Origin: Marsupella aquatica | Lineage: Eukaryota; Plantae; Marchantiophyta | Length of the DNA stretch: 64,000 nucleotides | Direction: 5' to 3' | Assembly: GCA_973895155.1 (NCBI GenBank) | Contig: OZ316899.1 | Location: forward strand, 4,529,241-4,593,240 | Shown here: one piece after another, positions 20,601-30,233 of the stretch | Position numbering within the stretch: position 1 is the first letter of the stretch | Layout of the letters: each line of letters starts with the position of its first letter | Program-made: the position numbers and the translations under genes | Notes under the pieces: model-generated | What the model was told of the DNA's origin: nothing | Seen by the model: only the letters and a program-made list of their open reading frames with translations | Databases searched by the model: none

Positions 20601-21648
20601 CAGCAGAGGAGACGGACGCGGCGAGTTGAGAGAACGAATCTCTGCTGGACCAGGTCCAGCTCCTCAAGGCGGACAATGACAGGCTTCGAAGGCAACGGGA
20701 TGGCCGCTCCCATTCGGGCGGCTCTGGCAAGCGTGCCAGGCATTAGCAGCGGAGTAGGAATAGATTAGGATTAGGACTGGCTTAGTCAGGCTCTTGGGAC
20801 AGGCACCTGCCTTAGGTACAGCAGCACTGCCGTGCTATCCAGCCTGCGTAGATTAGGATCTTCTAATAAGACACAGCCATTTTCCGGCCTGACTGTCAGC
20901 TTAGTTAGGACCTTAGTCAGCGAATCTTCGGCGAGAGGACACCCCGTCCCTCGTCCCTTAGTATTTAGTGCACCCCTCGGTAGAGGCAAGGGGGGGGGGG
21001 TTTTTAGTTGCAGAGTTGGGCGTCCGCGGTATGTGAGGGGAGTCCCGACCTCTGGGAATGAAAGAGTACCAAGGGGAGGGGGTAGGACTAAGCTCGTCGG
21101 GCGAGTGCGGAGCCGGGCTCCGTTGTAGTGTGCACCCTCGGCCTTGAACCTGTTCATTCCGGGGCTGTCGGGTCAACTAAGTGTACGCATATGTTCCCTT
21201 TGTAGTAAAATCCTTTCCCATCATTTTCCTTCGTGTAAATCGAGATTGTATGCATGTGCGCATGTATGTGTGTGGGTTTCTCGTATATGGGTGGCAGCGC
21301 CAGGCCGAACGCACTACCCGAGACGTGCACAGGGTGCAGCCTGCGGGTAAGTGGTTGCGAGCACGGGTTGAGGACCTGTATCATCGAATCCGGATCGAAG
21401 GCGGACAGCACGAAGGCTTAGAAGCCCTTAAGCCGGGGTCGATCCTGCTATCGACTAAGGTACGTTCCGGCGGTGGAACACAAACCATACCTAGGAGGTG
21501 TCCATATTTAGCAGTATGCGCACTTAGCGCTAGTTTACGAGAATAAGGTGCATTACGTGCTTCCCTTCCTGCCCGAACCCTCAGATTTACGAGGGATGTG
21601 CCCGTCTAAGCTGAAGTCTGAGTTAAGGCCGCAGCCGATGACGTGACA
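17624..21648 (+). repeat. Gypsy A 5' LTR (4025 bp)
   Basis: Direct repeat of 43307-47307. The 24-bp length difference is accounted for by visible indels (25-bp duplication/6-bp deletion near 18850-18900, a G-run, and a 1-bp indel). Confidence 0.95.
18091..20750 (+). pseudogene. LTR-internal accessory ORF of gypsy A (5' copy; pieces 18091-19131, 18920-19624, 19682-20629): unknown N-domain, plant-retroelement accessory domain, coiled coil
   Basis: Pieces join into one frame when compared with the 3' LTR copy. TATAAAA at 17983 upstream. GFEHLASLPW...EFVRNY...LT...IFGL...NGF...TC domain, then an EAQ/K-rich coiled coil. Confidence 0.8.
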
Positions 21649-21661
21649 TAGCCTTTGTTTT

Positions 21662-21680
21662 TGGCGCTAGATGGAGGGGG
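21662..21680 (+). promoter_or_regulatory. Gypsy A PBS (TGGCGCTAGATGGAGGGGG), tRNA-Asn type
   Basis: Complementary to the 3' end of plant tRNA-Asn(GUU) as recalled (...CCCCUCCUUCUAGCGCCA), 1 mismatch. Lies 13 nt after the LTR end. Confidence 0.7.
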
Positions 21681-21772
21681 CACTCTACATATCGTAGAGG
21701 GGAGACATGTGCGTATTCACCTAGGCAGGATACATCAGGACGTAGTACTAACCATCGCATTTATATGAGTAA

Positions 21773-24700
21773 ATGCCCGTCACTCATTCTCAAGCAACTT
21801 ACTTGAGGAGATTGACCAGCGAACGAGAAAGTGCAACCACGACAAGTTCCGATTCTTCGGACTCGGAAGACTCGCACTCGCCCCGACGTATGAACATACC
21901 CCCGGGACCTTCGGGGTCCGGTTCGACCGGTCCTCCTACGGTTCCACCGCCACCACCACCACCACCACCACCACCACCACCACCTATGGCAGCCGCTCCA
22001 CCGATGGCCCGCGCTGCTCAAGCTCCTCCACAAATATCGCAACGATCCCGATTTCATTATCGACCTTTCAAGGGGCGTCATGGGGATGATCCGGATGAAT
22101 GGTTGGATGAGTTTGAAGCCACTGCTAAAGCTAATGGGGAAGACGCCATTAAGCTAACCGTCCTCCCGGGAGTGATGCGGGGAGAAGCTCGTCCATGGTA
22201 CAACTCGTTGCCACCCAGGACTACATGGGCACAATTCCAAGCTGCATTGCTGCAGGAGTTTCGTGCCATTGGATCGGAACAGCGTTCTCTATTAAAGATT
22301 GGCCAGCTTCGCATGGGAAAGAAGGAGTCCCTACGGAAGTTCATTCAGAAGTTTCAGAAACTTGCGGCCAAGATCCGGCCCAGGCCGGGAGACGCGCTCC
22401 AGCTTACATGGTTCCTTCATGGTTTGCCCACGAATATGCAATTCTGGGTACGCCAGAATAATCCGATTTCAATGCAGGCGGCCATAGCGTGCGCCGAAAC
22501 TTACCGGGAGTCCACCTATAACTCCCGGCGGAGCCAGCGAGCACGCCGCAAGAAGGGTAAGTACGAGACCTTCAGTGACAGTGACTCCGAATCGGACGAC
22601 GAGAGGAAGAAGAAACGCAAGAAGAAAAAGAAACATCGTTCGACCTCGTCCAGCTCGGAGACGGAATCCAGTTCGGATTCAGCTTCAAGCACCGGATCCT
22701 CTACCTCCAGTTCATCAGGAAGTGACTCGGAGAGCGAAAGCCGGAGCAAAAAGAAGAAGAGACGAGTGAAGAAGGAGGGGAAGATCAAACCCCGGGCGCG
22801 AAGAACGATACCAGATCCAAAGGCTGCCGAAGCAGACAAGCTGAACAAAATCACGGATCGACTCAAAGCACTGTCAGTACATCTTGCGGAAAAGCCGATG
22901 GAGAAGAAGAAGCCATCTGAGATTCGAGCCCATGCGTGGTGTTCAAAGTGCTTCCAATCCGGCCATGTGGTGCAGGAATGCCCAAGGTGGAAGAATCGAG
23001 TTCACCAAGTAGAGCTGGATGATGTTGACAACCCGGGTCCCGAATCGGAGTCCACGGAGTATTTCTTTGAGGACCCTCCTGATTCCGTGTACCAGATTTC
23101 AACAGTAGGTGTGCGTAATTTAGCGGGTAGAACTGTGTACCCCTACCCAAACAATGGCCGGAGTTTCCAGGTTATCAGTAACCCGAGCATCCCTCCTAAG
23201 CCAGGGATTTGGCGATCCCCGATTTGTTATAACTGTGAAAATCCAGGACACTTTGCAAGGGAATGCACCAAACCAAGACGTCAGGGAGATGGCCGAGGCA
23301 CCCCACTATGTCAAGTCTACAAAACGGAGGCTCATTCCACGGCCAACTGTCCGTTGGTAATCGCTGCTCGAACGAGCGCAGCTAGACCGGCCCAGGCTGG
23401 ACCGGCCACGAGCGATGCAGTCGTCCAAATGATTGCTGTAGAATGGCAAGATGACAACACCGAGTGGGTGAATTTGGTGGACGTAGTAGAGCACCCTGAT
23501 CCATTGGATGAGGCCGAGTGCTACCGAGTGTCGACAAGGGCCGAACGGAAGGAAGAGAAGACGGAGGAGAAACGAAGGAAAAAGCAAGATACTACTCCGG
23601 TGCAGTCAGCGATAGATATACCCCCGGAGAAGGACGATGACTACCGACGGGACGACCCGAAGCTATTTTTCCCCCGCATCAAAGAATTGGTAAAGAAACA
23701 ACTGGAGGCCTACGAAGCTCGGGAATACCAGAAGGCAATCGATAAGGACATCAAAGCAGCCGAGACCGCCCGGCGCCAAGAGCAAGAGGAGCAAGAAAAG
23801 CAAGAGGAAGCCAAGCTGCAGCCGAAAGAGGATAAAAAGGAGAACTACGATATTAAGGAAGACGTGAAGAGTTGCCCGGTTACAGCGACGGTGGGGCAAC
23901 TGCTGCAGAACAACCCACAGTACAGACGGCAACTAAGGGAGTTGCTCATGGATCGCCGAAGGAGGAGACTACCCCGAGTTGGGATCGCGGACTGCAACAT
24001 GATATGCGAGGACCTTGGAGCGCCGGACATCTCGATCGAAATTAATAATTGTACCATCAAGATGGTTCTTGTAGACGGAGGAGCGGGAGTCAACATCATG
24101 ACTGAAGAAACGTCAGTCAAGTTAGGATACCTCACGTATCAACCCATAGCCCAAGCTATCAGATTAGCAAACGGGGCAAGGGTCCTCCCATTAGGCACGC
24201 TCACACGAGTGCTCACTCTGGTGGGAGGGGTGGAGTTCTATCTCAACTTCCTAGTTATGAGGCCGGTTCGTCCCTCCTCTTACCCGGTTCTTCTGGGCAG
24301 GCCATGGCTGTACGGTGGCCGCGTAGTCACGGATTGGGGAGAGAAGGAGCTACGGTTTGGGGAACCCACCGTACGGGTATCATGGGCAATGGACGATTAT
24401 CAAGGAGAAACCCCACAAGGACCCGAGGAATATGATTCGGAGTCCTCGGAGGAAGAGGAACTCAATATGATTGAACTCATCTCGTCCCTGTTTGAGGAAG
24501 ATGTCTTCGGAGTTGAAGCAACCCGCGAAACACATCTCCTAAATTACCCGAGGGCTGCCATTGAGTCCACCCCAAGCACATCTACTGCCGGGGATGAGGA
24601 AATGCACGAACAACTCGTCGAGATGGAGGACACGGCTCCAGCTAAGCAGGGATCCGAGGCGGCTTCTACTGTTGCAGAGCCTCGTGACCACGAACCAGCC

Positions 24701-24838
24701 CAACAACCGCCCGAGGCCGAAAACTCGAGACCGAGACATAAGAAACGAGTCTCATGGGATCCATTCCGCAATTGGAGGAAGAAACTCCAATCCCGAGACC
24801 AATCCCGGTTCCACCCATGTACGGAGGAGTTCGGCTAG
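21773..24838 (+). CDS. Gypsy A Gag-protease ORF (1021 aa)
   Basis: Retrotrans_gag-like FKGRHGDDPDEWLDEFE...GEARPWY; knuckles CSKCFQSGHVVQEC and CYNCENPGHFAREC; protease VLVDGGAGVNIM...LLGRPWL. Confidence 0.92.
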   Translation: MPVTHSQATYLRRLTSERESATTTSSDSSDSEDSHSPRRMNIPPGPSGSGSTGPPTVPPPPPPPPPPPPPPMAAAPPMARAAQAPPQISQRSRFHYRPFKGRHGDDPDEWLDEFEATAKANGEDAIKLTVLPGVMRGEARPWYNSLPPRTTWAQFQAALLQEFRAIGSEQRSLLKIGQLRMGKKESLRKFIQKFQKLAAKIRPRPGDALQLTWFLHGLPTNMQFWVRQNNPISMQAAIACAETYRESTYNSRRSQRARRKKGKYETFSDSDSESDDERKKKRKKKKKHRSTSSSSETESSSDSASSTGSSTSSSSGSDSESESRSKKKKRRVKKEGKIKPRARRTIPDPKAAEADKLNKITDRLKALSVHLAEKPMEKKKPSEIRAHAWCSKCFQSGHVVQECPRWKNRVHQVELDDVDNPGPESESTEYFFEDPPDSVYQISTVGVRNLAGRTVYPYPNNGRSFQVISNPSIPPKPGIWRSPICYNCENPGHFARECTKPRRQGDGRGTPLCQVYKTEAHSTANCPLVIAARTSAARPAQAGPATSDAVVQMIAVEWQDDNTEWVNLVDVVEHPDPLDEAECYRVSTRAERKEEKTEEKRRKKQDTTPVQSAIDIPPEKDDDYRRDDPKLFFPRIKELVKKQLEAYEAREYQKAIDKDIKAAETARRQEQEEQEKQEEAKLQPKEDKKENYDIKEDVKSCPVTATVGQLLQNNPQYRRQLRELLMDRRRRRLPRVGIADCNMICEDLGAPDISIEINNCTIKMVLVDGGAGVNIMTEETSVKLGYLTYQPIAQAIRLANGARVLPLGTLTRVLTLVGGVEFYLNFLVMRPVRPSSYPVLLGRPWLYGGRVVTDWGEKELRFGEPTVRVSWAMDDYQGETPQGPEEYDSESSEEEELNMIELISSLFEEDVFGVEATRETHLLNYPRAAIESTPSTSTAGDEEMHEQLVEMEDTAPAKQGSEAASTVAEPRDHEPAQQPPEAENSRPRHKKRVSWDPFRNWRKKLQSRDQSRFHPCTEEFG

Positions 24839-25497
24839 CTGAGCTTGATGCGAGCCTGGACCCGAGCCTACAAAACCAGGTTGAAGTCATCAGGAAGGAG
24901 CACTACCAAAAGTACACCATTGGGATGGACAAATCTTTTAACCTGGGCCACGCTCTGACAAGGGAGGCTGAAAAATCCATCCAAGCTTTGCTCAAGGAAT
25001 ATGAAGATGTGTTTGCATGGAGTCATCATGATTTAACAGGCGTCTCCCCCGAGTTGGGAGAACACACGATCGATCTGAACCTAGGAGCCCATGCGGTACG
25101 GCAGCAACAATGTCGCATGAACTCGAGGTACTCCATCTTAGTGAAGGAGGAAATTGATCGTCTCCTCGCCGCCGATATCATCTACCCGGTAATGGCCAGC
25201 GACTGGGTCTCTCCCATTGTCATTGTACCAAAGAAGGGAGGTACGGATGGGAAACCTAAGATTCGTATTTGTCAGGACTACCGTAAGCTGAACGACGCAA
25301 CCCAAAAAGACCATTACCCATTACCATTCACGGATATGGTTCTAGATATGGTAGCTCGAAATGAAATCTATACATTTCTTGACGAGTATTCAGGTTATAA
25401 CCAAATCTGGATTCGCCTCGCGGATCAGCTCAAAACAACTTTCACTACGGAGTGGGGGACTTTCGCATTTCGGAGGATGCCTTTCGGTCTGTGTAAC
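24754..25497 (+). pseudogene. Gypsy A reverse transcriptase, N-part (in -1 frame to gag-PR), cut by element B
   Basis: WVSPIVIVPKK...RICQDYRKLN...KDHYPLPF...SGYNQI...RMPFGLCN; resumes as APAMFQR at 41061. Confidence 0.93.
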
Positions 25498-28400
25498 TGT
25501 GATGCCTAGACAGGAATCACTCGGCCGGTTAAGTGGGTAAAGCAGGAAGGCACCCTAGGAACACCTTAGTATAGGGACAAAACAAGGAAAATATAAACAA
25601 TTAGGGGCAACCATGGAACCCGGGCCGAGGCCGGAGGTAAGGCTGAGGGTGAAAACCCGATTAGGGTTAGGGCGCGTTAAGCGTCGGCGGCTAGGAAGGA
25701 TCAACGGGAAGAAGGACCGGCAGAGGAGAGGGGTAAGGAGCGCTTGCAGGAGATGGTGGCTCATTTGCGAGCACGAACTAGGCAGACGACTACGGGAGGC
25801 CAACTACTGTCAGCTGCTTAGGCAAGCACTCGGAGAGAGAGTAGATACCGACGATCGACCTAAGGAGGGTATGAGCAACGTCAATCAAGCGGCACATTTC
25901 TGGGGATGCCTGTTCGAACGGGCAACTGAGTACATCAAGACTTACGAGGACGAGGAATCAGAAAGGGCAGCTCGAGAACGGCAGGAGCTCGCTCGATTGT
26001 GGGAGCTGCAGAAGACGGCTTTCTTAGGAGGCAAACTCATCAAGGACGAGTTCCTGTGGACGCCTACTTCCAATCAACTCGACGATCTTCTGTTTTGCAA
26101 AGACAGCGTCGTCGGCATCCGAGAGGCCATCAAGAACTGCAACGACATACACTGGGAATTAAAGGGAAGCACGGAAAGGTGGACCCAGGCAACGGTGCTA
26201 GGAGAAACCTCCACGGCAGCAGAGATGAAGAGGAAGGGAGCCGTCAACGATGAAGCCACCCCGGCAAAAAGAACGAGGTCGGCGGCACCAAAGAAGCCAG
26301 CCGAACAGCAGAGCAGGAGGCAGGGAGAAGCCGAAGAGGAGGAGGTCGATCCCATCAAGGCCATTCCAACCAGGGATGACACCTGGAAGGGCTGGGCGGC
26401 AACCCTACCGGTGGAGGTGCAACTACATTTTGCACGGGAGGAGGATGCATGCTTTACGGCCATGCAGACCAAGAAGTACCAAGGCTTCATGGCCGGATCC
26501 GGCTTAGAGGCCTTTGTAAGATTACCATGGCTGAAGCCGGAGGTACCGGAGTCAGACCTATTAGAATTCGTGGGCATGGGAACCCGAGACCAATTGCACG
26601 AGGATATATGGGAAGGATTTCTATCTTACTCCCAAGGTAATTGCCGAAGTGTTTGGCTTGCCGATAGGCAATAAGACCAAAGTTGATACCAGGAAGACCT
26701 TGCCTGACAAGGAGTTCCGGTCGTTCCCCGGGCCATCAACGAAGAATGGCTTCTTCCGGAACACCTGCACCAACCCGCACATACGAGAGATGATCGACTT
26801 CTTGCGGGTGACCATGCATTGTAACTTGCCGAGGGCAGAGATCGGCAAGGCACAGGTCTATCTGGCAGAAAGGCCAGACCCAAGCCGGGACTACAACGGG
26901 TACCTCCTCAACCAATTGAAGAAGATCTTAAAGGAGGAGCAGCAGGTAATCGGCATGGGGAGCGTGTCGCGGCTTGGCTATCACATGCCGCTGTTGTGCC
27001 GGTATGCTAGAGGTCAGACTTTTGCCCCGGTACTTCCCCTGCAGGTAAGGGCACCCGAGGAAGCTCCAACATCGAGGCCGTTGGCTGAGAAGCCTCAACC
27101 ACCTGTTAGCCCTACGATCGAGCAGGTGTTTAGGCCCAGGAAGGAGGACTTGCCGATGCAGCAACCAGGCATGCAGAGTCTGCTGAAACTACTGGAGAAA
27201 GAAAAGAAATCGGCATCGGCAACAACAACGGCAACGGCAACAATGCAGGACACTACTACAGAGGTAGGCCTACACCGGCTCACAAGAGAAAACCCCTTTG
27301 CTGGAGACAAGGAGAGAATCAGGCCGGAATCCAAGCCAGGTGTTCGAATGTACGTGGGAACCTCAAGCTCCGAATCTGAGGCAGAATTGCCTGAAGCTCC
27401 TACCGACGAAGAGGAGAGCGAGAAGCCGGACGTCCAAGAGGTAGAGGAGGCAGTGGAGGACTGCAGCCATGATAATTCCGGCTATGGGTCGGACCATCAT
27501 GTTCCAGGAGTAAGGACCTGTGGCCGGTTTGTCCCCACACTTCCAAGGGTAGTGCGAGGGGACCCCAACCAGCAGAGTAGCCCTGAGTCTCCCCCACCAG
27601 ATGTTGCTCCCCCGAGCTTCGACGGCATAAAACAGACGGTGCAGGAATTTCAGGAGCGAATCAAGCAGGAGGAGGAGGCAGCCCTGGCTAAGGAAAAGGA
27701 TTTACCAGGAGGAGATTGGCCGGAGGACATCAGGCGGCTAGCCAAAAAAGGAAGCAAACCTCTAGCCACGATTGAAGAGATCCGCAGGACGGCTTGGGAG
27801 CAGAGGCCGCGATGGGCGATGTCGATCACTTCTACTTACTCCACCTACGCTAAGAATAGAGCCATGGAGTATGGTGAGATGTGTGGGGAACTTTCACTCG
27901 GCATCTTTGGAGAAGAGTTGGAGGTAGGACCCTTTTTCCATAGGGAGCAGTTGGAGAAGCACCAATTAGAAGAAGCGGTGGCTTTAGAGAGAAGCAAGAA
28001 GGACGAGGTCATTCGGCGGCTTAGGAGGATGGAAGCCGAGATTGAAGATCTAAGGGCGGCCAAGAAAGCCCAAGATGAACTGCGGATTAAACGACATGAG
28101 CTGAACATCATGCAGGGGCAGTTGGACACCGCGCAGGCTGATAATCAGAATATCAAGGATAAACTGACTCAGACGCAGGGAGAGTTGGCCGACACGATCA
28201 AAGAGAGGGAGAAGTGGAAGCAAGAGCTGAAGAATACAGAGGAGGCCCACATAACAGCCAACAGCCGGGCCATGGCGGAGACCCAAAGAAAGGAATGGGC
28301 GTTGAAAGGGGAGCTCGAGAAAATCCGCGGAGCCCTTGAGCAGAAGGAGGCCGAGTTAGGGAAATCCTATCAAGGGATTATGGCGCTGCAGCAGGAGCTT

Positions 28401-30164
28401 GCGTCCCTGACGGCCAGCTTCAAGGCCGACCTAAGGGAGAGGGACGAGATGCTCGAACAGACTTACGCCAAGATGAACCAGATGGAGTCTGTCATCATTG
28501 CAGAGCTCGACAAGGAGCTAAAAGCAACCCAGGAGGAGAGGACTACCTTGAAACAAGAACGGGAGGAAGCCCAGAAGGAACTAGAGGAGGCACGCAAGGA
28601 CCTGGATGAGACCCAGGAGGAGTTGGAGGAAATCATGAGGAAGATGGAGAACCTCCAGCGGCGGGCCGACAACCAAACGGAGTGGCTGAAGAAACAAGTC
28701 GCAGTATTTAAGTGCTTGTCTTCATCAGGCCCAACTCCAATTGGGGCAACCAAGTTACCAGGAGTGGTACTGGCCGAAGAAAAAGCCGCGCCAACTGCAC
28801 CAGTGCCGGAGGTAAGTGGGAAGGGGAAGGGACCAGCTGCCGAACCAGAAAAGAAGAAAAACCGGAAACCTTCAGGGTCAAGGAGTAATCCGACTCCACA
28901 AGCCGTGGTGACCAAAGAGGTAGAACCAGCACCATCCTCCGACATGAATACGGCAATAGATCCCGCTATGATCACAGGTGGGGGTGGTGCGGCCCAAGCC
29001 GAACTACTCAGTAAGGAGGCCGGTATTCCAGATCCGCCTCTTGAGCAGGCCGGGGAGACCGTAGCCGAGGCTGAGGCCGTAACCGATTCTCGAGCCGATG
29101 CCGACGCCGATGGTGGACCCAGTCAGGCCGATGGAGAGTTGACTCAGTCAAGGGCAGGTAATCTATCAGGGAATGAGCCTACGGCAGTGGCTGAGGAGGA
29201 AGCGTTGGGGGCGTCCATTAAGGATCCACCACCGGTGTCGTGACGGTGCAAGGGCACCGTTCCTTTTAGGGAGGGCGGACGTGGAGGGAGGAGGCGTGAG
29301 TGGGCAGGGCGGGCGCGGATCTCCACGTTTAGGATTAGGATCAGAACCAGGAGCGGCCCTGACACTTAGCTTAGTGGGATTGCGGTCCCACTGGTAGGAG
29401 CAACACTTGTGCTCCTGCCTTGCTGTACATAGGTAGATTCGGGCAAGTAGATTACTGTTAAGTAGATTAGGCTTACGATGCAAAGAATGGCGGATCCACT
29501 ACCAGGATAAGTACCTGGGCAGCGGGGAGCTCAGGGCCTCTTCTTTAGCAAGTTTTTAGTTTGCACCAGACGGGCTGGGATCAAGTAGTACGAGAAGCTC
29601 TCGGTTAGTCATACAGTGACCCTTGTGTATATTCATGTTTCCTCATGCCTAAGAGCTGAATAGAGTTGGCCTCACGGCTTAGTTCGCAGAACTTGTGTAT
29701 GAGATGTACTGTTTGTATGGCAAGTGCATGGTATGACTCAGTCAGAATGAGTCATTTTGCTATTTGTGTGTCGCATTAACTTGTGTGAAGAGTGCCCACA
29801 TCAACCAAAGGAAGGAAAGTAAGCAGGGGAGTGAGAGTTGGATGTGTCGAGCTGAGAGAGGTCTTAGCGGCTTAACCAAGCCTATTGGGGATCATTCCGG
29901 CGGTGGAATCCAAACATACCTAACAAGACGGAGGGGAAGACAGGGGAAGACAGGGGAAGGCCTAGATTAGGCCGGCTACGTATCTCATGACCCGATGAAG
30001 GATCTGTCCAGTATATGTGTGTAAAATGTTAATAGTAGTAGTAGAAGGTTAGCAGCGTCCCATGCCGCTAAGCCGCGGAAACGGCCTCGCCAAGCGCGAA
30101 ACCCGCGGGAATCGGCTTGAGCTGGGGGGTTTCTTGGGTTTAGGGAGCCATGGGATGCACCACA
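25498..30164 (+). repeat. Gypsy B 5' LTR (4667 bp)
   Basis: Near-identical direct repeat of 36388-41055. The 1-bp length difference equals one 2-bp and one 1-bp indel. Confidence 0.97.
25613..29243 (+). pseudogene. LTR-internal ~1210-aa ORF of gypsy B (5' copy, split by a 2-bp deletion at ~26575)
   Basis: ORFs 25613-26674 and 26649-29243 match the single frame of the 3' copy. Confidence 0.88.
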
Positions 30165-30168
30165 TTTT

Positions 30169-30187
30169 TGGCGCTAGATGGAGGGGG
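30169..30187 (+). promoter_or_regulatory. Gypsy B PBS, tRNA-Asn type
   Basis: TGGCGCTAGATGGAGGGGG, 4 nt after the LTR end; same sequence as in element A. Confidence 0.75.
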
Positions 30188-30233
30188 CATTTCTTAAGCC
30201 GTGAGATATGAAGTTAGAACGGAAGCGTAGGTA

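Noticed and set aside
21948-21985. (CCA)n run and the GAG/GGT-rich run at 47315-47405 as separate microsatellite features
   Set aside because: They encode a poly-Pro tract in Gag and an acidic tract in the TnpA-like protein.
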